Positions 27,033 to 38,939 of a stretch of 64,000 bases of DNA are shown here, piece after piece. The notes beneath the pieces are model-generated. The model saw only the letters and a list, made by a program, of their open reading frames with translations, was not told the DNA's origin and made no database searches. The stretch is from the NCBI RefSeq assembly GCF_006345805.1, contig NC_043005.1:87606001-87670000 (forward strand), given 5' to 3'. How positions within the stretch are numbered: the stretch's first letter is position 1; the number at the start of each line of letters is the position of its first letter. The position numbers and the translations under genes were made by a program. Source of the stretch: Octopus sinensis (Eukaryota).

Positions 27033-27065
27033 TATTATTATTATTATCATTATTATTATTATTAT

Positions 27066-27133
<68 letters not shown>

Positions 27134-27230
27134 TTTAATTATGTTATTTATTTCTCGGTAAAAACTTTCTCGATTGCTGTTTACAATAATTCTCACCAGC
27201 TTGTTCCTTTTTCTTTCACATGTTTCAGTC

Positions 27231-27262
<32 letters not shown>

Positions 27263-27263
<1 letters not shown>

Positions 27264-27426
27264 GACGCGCTTCTTTCAGCTTCCGTCTACCAAATCCACT
27301 CACAATTGTGTAGTGGGCCCGAGTCTATATTAGAAGACACTTGTCCAAGGTGCCACGCAGTGGGAATGAACCCAGAACCATGTAGTTGGGAAACAAACTT
27401 TTTACCACACAGCTACGCCTGCGCCC
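27263..27426 (-). mobile_element. CORE-like SINE family A
   Basis: Matches 11428-11591. Confidence 0.85.
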
Positions 27427-27446
27427 CTATATATAGAGAGAGTGAC

Positions 27447-27545
<99 letters not shown>

Positions 27546-28079
27546 GATCAATATATGTATGTGTGTTATATTGCATGTATGAATTATATTTATATTTAAT
27601 TTTTTCTCCCTTTGCTTGTGATATTTGAACTTGTACATATTCTGTGATTATCCTTTCTCTAAGCTATTTATATTCTTTTTACTTTCCATGACTATATTTA
27701 CAAACCTTTTTACAACTGACGTCAATATGGTTTAGATAATTACTCAACAACACGTCTATGATTGTATTCGTTCACAAATATATCTTTTTACAGCTGGAAG
27801 TATATGAAATGCAAATATTTTTATTTTCCATTTAAGAATATATATATATATATATGGATAATATTTACTAAAATCTGTCATTTTGTTTGAACTTAAATGC
27901 AAGTCATTTGATTCAGGTCGCCAAACCAACCGTGTAAAAGTGCATAAATTATCAGGGCTATTTGTGATGCTGCTGCTGCTGCTGTTTTGGTTTGTGTTTG
28001 TGTTATCGTAATTTTTTGTATTTATCTGCCTACGTCACAAGAAATATAATGTAAAAGAATGTGTATATATTGGATTCAG

Positions 28080-28272
28080 GTTTTGCTACGAGGCCAGCAA
28101 TTTTAGGAGGGGGAGCTAAGTTGATCACATCAACCCAAATGTTCAACTGACGTTGAAAGGATAAAAGGCGGTAGCTGATATCTGCAGAATTTGAACTCAG
28201 AACGTAAGGCTGACAAAATGCCGCTAAACATTATTCCTGTCGTGCTAACAATTCTGCCAGCTCGCTACCTTG
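28080..28272 (-). mobile_element. Meta-like SINE, degenerate
   Basis: AATTTGAACTCAGAACGTAA...CTGCCAGCTCGC. Confidence 0.75.
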
Positions 28273-28399
28273 ATAATACGTAAATATTAGAATGGAACAA
28301 GTTGCCGATGATCCATGTGATTATCATTTGTGTTTCTCTTCTTCCCCATTTCGGGAAATATTGAACAGAAGAAGCTGAAGGAACACTACAGGCTAATTC

Positions 28400-30240
28400 A
28401 GGAGGAGGGATCCAGCTTCAAGCTGACCCCTCCAGAAGAGGTGGGAACAAGTACCAAGGAAAGAACAGTGGTGTACAGAACTCTATCTACAAGCACAAAG
28501 AAAATGGAGATAGCTACAGAAGAAAGCTATTGAAGAATGTCTGATTGTCTATACAAGAGGCAGAAAATACGGCACAGTGGAGGTGAGATTTGCCAACGAA
28601 CAGCAGGCAATAAATCACTCCACTGTGACACTGAAAACGGACAAATGGTTTGTTGACAGAGGACGACACTGAAAGATATTGGGGAAACTGTTAAGGTCAT
28701 ATGGCAAGATGGCGGGCTTCCAAGGCATAGCGAGACACGTTTGAGGTGAAAAACGATTTGGCATACTTCAGAGGCATTTAAGCTATGGCTTTAAGGGAAA
28801 ATTGATGTTGAAGTGACAATGACGATGACGACGATGACGGTGATTTCATGATGATGATGATGATGATGACGATGGTGATGATAACAACGTAAACAAGGAG
28901 GGCAATTACCCTGTTGTTTTTCTTGATGGTGCTGACGACTAATGAGGACGATGAGTTCGAAGTTACATACCTTTCCCCCCTACGCGTGCACTTACCTACT
29001 TTCGACCACTAGGTTTGCGAAAGCAGAAGTAATCAAAAGTATTAAATTGTAAATACATCAACATCATCATCATCATCGTCAGTACTACCATCATCATCAT
29101 TATCATCGTCACCATCATCATCATTATCATCGTCACCATCATCATCATCATCATCTCATCATCATCATCATCATCATCGTCATAATCGTCGTCGTCGTTG
29201 TCGCCGTCATCATCATCATCATCATCATCATCATCCCCACCACCGCCAACACCACTAGCAACAGCAGTATCACCAGCAGCAGTGGAAGCGCAATGGTCCA
29301 ATGGTTAGGGCTGCGACCTCGCGGTCAGAGGATCGCAGTTTCGATTCCCAGACCTGGCGTTGTGTGTGTTAATTGAGCGAAAGCACCTAAGCTTCACGAG
29401 GCTCTGGCAGGGGGTGGTGGCGACCCATGTTTTACTGCGGCAAAATGGTCGCCAGAGTGAGTATAGGCAGAGTACCACCAGAAATCAAAGCAGCATCGCT
29501 GGTGGCAACCCTAATGCACAAAACAGAGGAAGACAGCAACATTCTGAAAATGACAAGGAAAAAGGAAGTAAATTCTGGGGATACGGACTAGAAATGGTCA
29601 TCCAGGTCGGAGGACAAGATCTAAAGGAAATTGCTGAAGAAATAATGCTACCGGAGGCCATAAGGTTGAGAGTGGTGGTAGAAGGAAGGCTACCAACTTG
29701 CTATCAATGCGGCGAACAAGGACATATTGGAATAAAGTGTCCCCAGAGAGAAAACAAAAACGAGGAAAGCCAACAGGAGCAGAATGCCGACGGGGCGGAC
29801 CGGGAAACTGAAAAATGCACGAAAGAAGCAGAAGAACCATTTACGGAGGTAACCAAAAGAAAAAGAAAAGAACGAGTGAACTCAACTCAGAAGAGTCCAA
29901 TAGAGAAAAAGAAGGAGGGTGAAATAAACTGTACACATTTTTCACTACATGAACCTCTAGCAGCATCAACAACGAAGGAGAAAGACAAGGAAACCATCAC
30001 AGACAACCAAATTCCACCGCAGGAACGAACAGTCAAAAGACCCGGAAAAAACAAATGGCATATGGTAACATATACAAAAAGCACAGATATAGAAGGGAAA
30101 ATCACAAATCGGTGATACAAGTTAAATTACCAACAGAACATTATCCAGAGAGTACAAAAGCCATAGTGATAGTCAAAGAGAGATATGAGAAATTAAAGAA
30201 ATTGTTTGGAAACAAAACAGACCAATGGGAGTGAGGGTAG
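28400..30240 (+). pseudogene. Tx1/L1-like ORF1 remnant interrupted by an inverted duplication
   Basis: 28460-28648 encodes TVVYR...TVEVRFANEQQAINHST...KW; 29433 onward encodes YCGKMVARVSIGRVPP...VVVEGRLPTCYQCGEQGHIGIKC. Collinear with the ORF1 at 10030-9480. Confidence 0.8.
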
Positions 30241-30553
30241 GGTTTAACGATCTACTGCTAGTTATAGATTACGACGACTTTTTGCCATAAATAAATTGGT
30301 AGTGTGAGTAAGCTTTAGAATTTTTTGAAGACTACACATAAGTAAAGAGTAAAACATGGGTCGCCACCACCCCCTGCCAGAGCCTCGTGAAGCTTAGGTG
30401 TTTTCGCTCAATTAACACACACAACGCCCGGTCTGGGAATCGAAACCGCGATCCTCTGACCGCGAGGTCGCTGCCCTAACCATTGGACCATTGCACTTCC
30501 ACTGCTGCTGGTGATACTGCTGTTGCTAGTGGTGTTGGCGGTGGTGGTAGTGG

Positions 30554-30586
<33 letters not shown>

Positions 30587-31136
30587 CGACGACGACGACG
30601 GCAATTATGACGATGATTATGATGATGATGGTGATGATGATGATGATGATGATGATAATGGTGATGATGGTGACGATGATAATGATGATGATGATGGTAG
30701 TAGTGACGATGATGATGATGTATTTACAATTTAATACTTTTGTTTACTTCTGCTTTCGCAAACCTAGTGGTCGAAAGTAGGTAATTGCGCACGTAGGGGG
30801 GAAAGGTATGTAACTTCGAACCCATCGTCCTCATTAGTCGTCATCACCATCAAGAAAAACAACAGGATAATTGCCCTCCTTGTTTACGTTGTTATCATCA
30901 CCATCGTCATCATCATCATCATCATCATCATGAAATCACCGTCATCGTCGTCATCGTCGTTGTCACTTCAACATCAATTTTCCCTTAAAGCCATAGCTTA
31001 AATGCCTCTGAAGTATGCCAAGTCGTTTTTCACCTCAAACGTGTCTCACTAAGCCTTGGAAGCCCGCCATCTTGCCATATGACCTTAACAGTTTCCCCAA
31101 TATCTTTCAGTGTCGTCCTCTGTCAACAAACCATTT
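28643..31136. repeat. ~790 bp inverted repeat pair (about 28643-29436 / 30348-31136)
   Basis: Unique sequence, (GAT)n tracts and a SINE head are all mirrored with few substitutions. Confidence 0.95.
29284..29426 (+). mobile_element. tRNA-derived SINE head (mirror copy at ~30357-30500 on minus)
   Basis: TGGTCCAATGG A-box and GTTTCGATTCC B-box, followed by a CORE-like segment. Confidence 0.75.
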
Positions 31137-31430
31137 TTTGGTTCGTCAGTTTGCAATGATAAACTTAACGATATCAATACTTTAGCCATGACATTAGTTA
31201 GTTCGATGCACTTTAAATAGACAAAACTACTTCAAACACGAGATTTGAATTATGAAAATTTAAAGAATACTTTGAGCAACTTTTAAATAAGAGAGAAGCA
31301 TAAGTGTAATGTGGCTAAGAGTTAAAGTCACTTAAAGTCTTCTAAAAAGGAAAACATACAATTTACTAAAAGCTTGCCACTCATGAATACAAAAATAATG
31401 TATCAAAGCTCATAAGATCGATTTAATCTA

Positions 31431-31639
31431 CGAAGGGGTGCTGAAAAGGTCCTGCCCTTAAGGGTGTCGCGAAAGGCCTGGTTGGAGCACCAGCCTTCTG
31501 AGGTCTTTTACACGTTTTAAAGAAAATCTGAAGGACCATTGCAATAAGTGTGTGAACCTGAGTGGAGAATACCTTGAATAAAATCATAATTAATTGATTC
31601 CTCTGTATTTTCTTTTACACAAAGTCAGGTATCCCTTCG
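31431..31639 (+). mobile_element. Non-autonomous mariner element
   Basis: TA|CGAAGGG...CCCTTCG|TA ends, with an internal remnant 'NKCVNLSGEYLE*' of the mariner transposase C-terminus. Confidence 0.8.
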
Positions 31640-31735
31640 TATATTTAGATTTTGTAGTGGTGCATGTGAAGTTTAAGTGATTGGTTTGTTATTTCCAAAA
31701 CATTTAGAGGAAACATTCTAACATAGTGTAGACCG

Positions 31736-32024
31736 GGTGTCTTGGGGAAATTTCGAACCTGGGTTCTCATTCCTAAGGTATTTTTCGATGTTATTATTAG
31801 TATTATTGTTGTTGTTGTTATTGTTATTATTATTATTATTATTATTATTAATATTATTATTATTATTATTACTATTATTCAGGTCACAGCCTGAATCGAA
31901 CTCAGAATCTTGAGGTTAGTAGCCCGCGCTCTTAACCACTACGTCATTTGCCTGAAACGCTGTGTTAACAAGAAACGAAATGAGGACAAATATCCGTCAA
32001 ATGTAAATAATGTGAATAATGTAC
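31736..32024. mobile_element. tRNA-hammerhead SINE copy with an inverted 5' part
   Basis: 31736-31952 is the head and body on minus; 31953-32024 is the GAAAC-to-tail segment on plus (compare 36575-36812). Confidence 0.85.
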
Positions 32025-32867
32025 GGTAAACTATTGTCAGTAATTATCATATACTTCAGTGGTGATCGTAGAATATACATAAAACCATTTTGATATTGCA
32101 TTAGAAAAGCAAAATTTGTATCTAACAAGAGCCTAAGTGGATCAGTGGATTAGTTGTGGAATATTTATTCAGAAGGCAAACGCTGCATTGTTGACGCATA
32201 TATTGTGTTAGAGATCTACGAACTTGCTTCATATAATTTGAAACATTTTCTCCAAGTCGTAATTACATCGAGAGTATACAGCTTTTTCTTTTGTCCCCGT
32301 ATTCAGATTTTTTTTCTAATTTACTCATGTGAGCTTTCAGATTTCCTCTTCTTACAGGCTTACCTCACTCACGTCAGATTTTTCCTGAATCCAAGTGAAA
32401 AATAGCAATATTATTCATATACAAAATTTCCTTTCTTCTGTACTCACGTCAATATTGATATTAACTGTGGCCATCCGATTCCTCAAAATCCTCCGATAAC
32501 CTTACTTGCTCGCATTGAGAAATCTATATTATTTTCACCGAGTTCTTAATTAAATCGCTTCAAGCTTGCTTCGAACCATTTGTTTTCTTCAAACGAAGTC
32601 GCTTTTTTTACGAGTGAGTTCTACGCTGTAGTGTGAGATTCTCGTTACAGACGTCCCGTTATTTTGTTTGAATTGCGACAACAACTGCTTCTAAAGTCAC
32701 ATACTGAAGTATGCTGAATTTCATCCACATAATTTTCTCCCACTTATTTTGCCCCTCCATTGTTCTTCTCTTCTTTTCGACAGAAACCTGAAGAATATAC
32801 ATTGTTCTGGTACTTTGAATTCTGATGTCAAATCTTGGTGAGGTCAACTTTGTCCCCCGTCTGATAT

Positions 32868-33100
32868 CTATTTCTTTATTACTCACAAGGGGCTAAACAC
32901 AGAGAGGACAGACAAGGACAGACAAACGGATTAAATTGGTTATATCGACCCCAGTTCGTAACTGGTACTTAATTTATCGATCCCGAAAGGATAAAAGGCA
33001 AAGTCGACCTCGGCGGAATTTGAACTCTGAACGTAGCGGCAGACGAAATACTGCTAAGCATTTCGCCCGGCGTGCTAACGTTTCTGCCAGCTCACTGCCT
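32868..33100 (-). mobile_element. Meta-like SINE, full length with Tx1-like tail
   Basis: Close reverse complement of 17422-17650. Confidence 0.9.
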
Positions 33101-33247
33101 ATGCACCCGTCTGATATCGATAAATAAAGTAGCGGTCAAGTACTGAGATCGATATATTCGACTATTCCCGTTCCCGTCAATTGCTGACATTATGCAGAAA
33201 TCAGAAGCAATTCTTTGAGATGTTGCTGTTGTTGACAATACTGCTGC

Positions 33248-33278
<31 letters not shown>

Positions 33279-33298
33279 GATGCTGTTGTTGTTGCTAT

Positions 33299-33522
33299 GG
33301 CGGTGAGCTGGCAGAATCGATAGGACGCTGGACGAAATGCTTAGCGGCATTTCGTCCATCTGTCCGTTCTAAGTTCAAATTCCAACGAAATCCATTTTGT
33401 CTTTCATCCTTTCGGGTCGATAAAATAAGTACCAGCTTATGTAATCAACCTGCTACCCGACCCATCCCGAAATTGCGGGCCTTGTGCCAAAGTTTGAAAC
33501 TATTATTATTATAATCATCATG

Positions 33523-33573
<51 letters not shown>

Positions 33574-33607
33574 ATCATCATCATCATCATCATCACCATC
33601 GTCGTCG

Positions 33608-33645
<38 letters not shown>

Positions 33646-33860
33646 GAGGCGAAGAGCTGGCAGAAATGTTAACACGCCAGGCAAAATGCTTAACAGCATT
33701 TTGTCGGTCTTTACGTTCTGAGTTCAATTTATGCCGAGGTCGACTTTGCCTTTTATTCTTTCGAGGTCGATAAATGAGGTATCGGTAAAACACTGCTGTC
33801 ACTGTAATCGACTCTTCCCCTCCCCCCAAAATGTCAGGCCTTGTATCTTTAGTAGAAAGG
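33299..33860 (+). mobile_element. Two Meta-like SINE copies separated by (TAT)/(CAT)n
   Basis: Heads GGCGGTGAGCTGGCAGAA at 33299 and GGCGAAGAGCTGGCAGAA at ~33648. Their 3' tail (TTGCGGGCCTTGTGCCAAA) differs from the Tx1-like tail. Confidence 0.82.
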
Positions 33861-35289
33861 ATTATTATTATTGCTGTTGTCATTGTTGCAGTTCCTGACT
33901 TTCTTCCTTTGATCTTTGCCATTGTCCTTCTTGCTGCTTATTTGGCCGTTGCTCTCATTTGGGTGTCTGGGCGATTAGTCCGAACCAAATACAGCGGTCA
34001 ATTATAACAATATTATATATTCTGGTCTCAGACGTATTTCTTTGCATCAGTTTTTGAAATGTCATGTCAGCCATTTACGATTATCCTTTTAACAAAATTA
34101 ATGTCGGTAATAAGTTTAGACATGCGTTCAATCCTCCAGAGTTTTGTTTTCTAACCTTTTTAGTCAGCAAGAGTTATTGAGACAGCTCATAACATTTTAG
34201 AGTTAGTTGTCACTGTAAACTTTGATATACTTTTGCCCTTGTACTTATACCAGAATCGATCGTGTATTCGCAGTTTTTTTCACGCCTGTGTTGGTTTGCA
34301 TAGAAATTAATGGCTTAATGATAAATGGTGACAACACCATCGCGATATTTATTAATATAAAGTACAAAAATTCCATAATATATATGAAGTGGCCTCTATT
34401 AATATGAAGCATTGGAGTTGATGGGGATTCATGTCGATTTCGAACGTAAGAGTTTTTGAGCGAAATGCATTAAAACAAAGAATGGATGAATCATAAAAAG
34501 AAGCTGTATCTATTTGCGATGGATGCGTGAATGTAATTTTAGTCCAGGGATGGATTTTGGTAAGAATTCACAATGGAGACAATGATGATTTTGATTTTGC
34601 CTGGGACTGGACAAACGTGTCTCTTGATTGCATATAATCCTTTTATTGTTCTGCTTCTTCAGATCACATTGTTTAGATGAATCCTAACACATTTTAAGTC
34701 ACTCAGATTAATCTAGGCAATAACCTTCTCGAGATATTAAATTTAAGTTTTAGGGGTTTTAGTGATTGCTTCAGATTATCCTTATACCGAAGGAGAAGGT
34801 TTCCTGGACTGTGAAATCCCACTCCTTTTTAGACATTACAACAGAATTTTCGGAATTTGATAATCTTTCGCTGAAACAACATGTTCTGTACTAAATTCTC
34901 AACGCCATGCTTTCGATACTGGAGATTTCACATATTTCCTTTTGAAGATAAAGATAAGAAAACACAAGTAAGGGGTGCAGAAAACATATTAATTCTGAAA
35001 CATGCTTTCATGTTTGAAATTTTCGCTAGGTTTTTTTGCTAATCATATTGTTGGAATGAGGCTAATAGGATATCGATACACCCACACATTTTTGCTCTTC
35101 TGTCAAAAAAACTAAAATGATTATATTCCCATTGTCATGATATTGTAATATAAAACAAAGATTAGATTTGATGTAAAATCTAAACATTCAATGTAGTTAA
35201 TAACAGGAACAACCATGAGAAAGAAAATTACTGCTCGGCTGATTACAAGTAGCTGACAGTTTGTTACGTAGATTAATATTTTCCCCAAT

Positions 35290-35730
35290 TACTGCCAGTG
35301 GTCCGTCCTATCATCAATACATGCATTTCAGTTCTATTCCTGGATAGGTCGTGGGGTCATAGTCCTTAGGCACCTCATCTATAGGACCCAGTGAGAAGCA
35401 ACTGTCATTGTATATTCCAACTGGATTCCCGAACGTGACTTACTAAATCTATGGATATTATCCAGCCATTTCGTTCTTGGTCTACTCCTAGGTTTCCTAC
35501 TCATTGACTCGCCTTGGCGAACGTGTCTTTCTATTCTTTCCTACAACTCTCTAACGATGTCTCCGTAGTGTCGGACCTTCGACCTTTCAACGCACAGAGA
35601 CAGCGGCTCGAACTCGAGAGACTATCTCATCTCCAAGCTACACACTGTCCAGTAACGTTGCTCCAGAATCCCTTCAGAGGATTCCCGTTTTGACCACTTG
35701 TATTTGCAATCATACTCTTTTGGTCAGTAG
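35290..35730 (-). mobile_element. RTE-like LINE 3' fragment
   Basis: Minus strand 'HYGDIVREL*ERIERHV...SRKPRSRPRTKWLDN'. Confidence 0.6.
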
Positions 35731-36194
35731 CCACTATTTAAGAAAAAAGATTAAGATTTGCATGAAAAATGAATCTAAGATAGCAAGTACACTTTTTTAC
35801 CAAGCTCTCCTCTTTTGCGAATCGAAAGTGAGCGGGAAATATAGTTAAAATACATCACAAAGTATAGAGAAAACCAACAAAAAAAAATGGACAGTGTTAG
35901 TTGGGAAAACGCCCACTGAAAGTCATCGATAAAGTTTGACCTATATTATTATACTGTTAAAGGATTCTTCAACGTAAAATATCGTTAATGGGGATTAGAT
36001 TTGGTCTATAGGATTTCAATTGGAAGTATCATTTTGGCATAATTACAAGAAACAGTGCAAGTAAAAAGAGTAAATGTCTGTCGTTTAGCAATCAGATAAC
36101 GCCAGTACAAAATCACAAAGGTATGAAAACGATGAGTATGAGGTTCGAGACAATGTTCTATCAACAGTACTATATTTAAGAAATGAGGAATTAT

Positions 36195-36386
36195 GTACAT
36201 TTGACTGATATTTGGCCTGATTTTGTATGTTGATAACACAACGTTTCAGCTGATATACCCTCCAGCCTTCATCAGGTGTCTAGGGGAAATTTCGAACCTA
36301 TGTTCTCATTCTTAAGGTATTTTTCAATGTTCTTGTTGTTATTATTATTATTGTTATGGTTATTGTTGTTGTTGTTGTTGTTGCTC

Positions 36387-36458
<72 letters not shown>

Positions 36459-36498
36459 TCACTGCCTGGAATCGAACTCGGAATATTAAGGTTAGTAG
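36195..36498 (-). mobile_element. tRNA-headed SINE with minimal hammerhead, 5'-clipped copy
   Basis: Reverse complement of 36605-36812 with an expanded (AAT/AAC)n spacer. Confidence 0.9.
36235..36280 (-). ncRNA. Minimal type I hammerhead ribozyme motif
   Basis: GACAC-CUGAUGA-A-GGCUG(loop)CAGCU-GAAAC-GUU-GUGUU: stems I and II pair, the core is intact, and palindromic ACGU replaces stem III. Confidence 0.85.
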
Positions 36499-36574
36499 CA
36501 TATGGGAACCGGTATTAAGGACAGGAAAATATTAGATTAATAAGCCCCCTAAAATTCACTCCATAATTGCACAC

Positions 36575-36812
36575 GGGCATATGGCGTAGTGGTTAAAAGC
36601 GCAGGCTACTAACCTCAAGATTCCAAGTTCGATTCCAGACAGTGACCGGAATAGTAATAATAATAACGACATAGAAAAATACTTTAGGAATGAGAACACA
36701 GGTTCGAGATTTACCCAAGGCACCTGATGAAGGCTGGAGAGTATATCAACCGAAACGTTGTGTTAACAACAAACGAGAAGAGACAAATATCTTTCAAATA
36801 TAAATAATGTAC
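36575..36812 (+). mobile_element. tRNA-headed SINE with minimal hammerhead, full copy
   Basis: A-box TGGCGTAGTGG, anticodon-like arm, B-box AGTTCGATTCC, (AAT)n, a second GGTTCGAGAT box, the hammerhead, and an AAATAATGTA tail. Confidence 0.9.
36719..36764 (+). ncRNA. Minimal type I hammerhead ribozyme motif
   Basis: GGCAC-CUGAUGA-A-GGCUG(loop)CAACC-GAAAC-GUU-GUGUU, with one mismatch in stem II. Confidence 0.8.
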
Positions 36813-37529
36813 ACGTTCTATCATTCTGACTTATCCATAGTAAACAGTCTGAGAAGTGACGATGTCAGTTCTCAAAAACCGGTTTCTTACAATTGTTATA
36901 GAGACGAGCAATATTTTTATGTACTGTAAAGTTGTTCAGTTGCCCATAGGATTGAAACAGCAATCCTGTATAGAAAATAATGATTCCGATATCGAAGGAC
37001 AATAAAACGTTATTCAGGAATCGGGTAGTGTCTGGGTATTATTGGAGGCGAAATTGCTAAACCTATTTTTTAATGAATATACAAAAATTTGGGATAAATG
37101 AAAGTACAGCAAAAGACCATTATTTAAGAACTAGCGGTGTAGTGCTTTTCATTCCTTATAAATCCGCCCAAAATATTTCCAGTAGTAGTAGTAGTAGTAG
37201 AGGCGGTAGCTGCATCATTAGCACTACTGCCTGTTTCTTGATGTTGATGGTGATGGTGGTGATGGCATTGAAGTAGCTGCTGGCGTTGCAGATTAAAATT
37301 CACGACTTCGATGAAAAGAAGTATATACGACAGCTGTTTCGTTTCCAGACAGAATTACAGACGAAGGGTTTCTATTTGAAGAACAGCTTCACAAGGAATC
37401 TATTTTGTGCCATCTCCTGTACAAGACAACTTATCACGGCAGTAAATAGGAAATTCTGATTACTTGTTAAATTGATATATGCGTCTACTTGAGCGAGTAT
37501 CTGATTTATGTGTGTGCCTGTGCTTGCGT

Positions 37530-37545
37530 ATATCATATATATATA

Positions 37546-37599
<54 letters not shown>

Positions 37600-37612
37600 G
37601 TGTATATATACG

Positions 37613-37644
<32 letters not shown>

Positions 37645-37777
37645 CATATATATATACATATATATATATATATATGCATATATATACACATACACACAAC
37701 ACACATACATATATACATATATATATATATGTATGTATATACATACGTACATACGCATTTATATATATATATACATA

Positions 37778-37820
<43 letters not shown>

Positions 37821-37867
37821 GCACATATATATATACACACACATATATACGTAACTATCTGTCAATG

Positions 37868-37900
<33 letters not shown>

Positions 37901-38395
37901 ATGTGTGTGTGTGTAAGTGCGTGTACACATGTGCGTGTGTCTGTGTCTGTATGCCTATATATACAAGTGTGCGTGTATGAATGTACACATGTACATTCTA
38001 ACATGTAAATACTTGTGTGTATATTTTCGTGTGTGTATGTTGTGCGAGTGTGTTGTGAACGTTAACGGTTTGATTGATACTAAATTATGTCCACGTACAT
38101 ATATGTAAATGTATATATGTGTGTAGAGAGAGAGAGTGAGAGATACATACATACATACATACATACATACATACATACATACATACAGGTATGTACATAT
38201 GTATGCCTGTCTATGTGTATGTATGTATGAATGTAGTACACATATGTAACGGAAACGTGGATATATATAAAATTGAAACTTTCAATGATGTTTCTTAGTT
38301 TAACAGTTTCCTTCCTTGTGGCTTTCTGTCTATGTCTAAACATATGACGTAATATATGTACACACACACACACACAGACACACACACACACACAT

Positions 38396-38444
<49 letters not shown>

Positions 38445-38600
38445 CATATATATAAATATATAAAGTGAGAGAGAGAGAGATACATACATACATACGTTCA
38501 TACATACATAGACAGACAGACAGATAGATAGATAGATATACATACATGTGCACACACACAAGCACACACACATGCGTGTGGGTAGCGATAGAGAGAGAGA
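37530..38600. repeat. (TA)/(CA)/(TACA) low-complexity tract
   Basis: Directly visible. Confidence 0.95.
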
Positions 38601-38939
38601 GAGTTATTCACCTGTTGAAGAGAGAGAACATGCATGCGGTGTAAAGGAAGCTTAGGAAAGGAGGAAATATAGTTCGTGTGAGAGGCGTTAGAATTAGAAA
38701 GTAGGAAGAAGAAACGCCCCCTATGTATTTTGAGTTTTAGTGTGGAGGTACCCAGTCGTTAATGACAATTGTTTTCTGTTTCTTAAAAGGGGATGAGGTT
38801 CGTTTTATAACAATTACCGGTGTGTTCACATTTAGCGTGAATGAGTTTTCGGTGTGGTCTTTGCGTAACGTCAAATATGTGAGGCGAACTAAGTGCTGCG
38901 CGTTCGGTTTGTGTTGCATTTCTTTGGAAACTTTTTCTG

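Noticed and set aside
32150-32660. Possible mariner transposase remnant
   Set aside because: Too decayed to recover diagnostic motifs by eye.
36575-36650. tRNA gene (also candidates at 29284, 44711 and 60620)
   Set aside because: The acceptor stem does not pair properly and each continues into a SINE body, so these are tRNA-derived heads.
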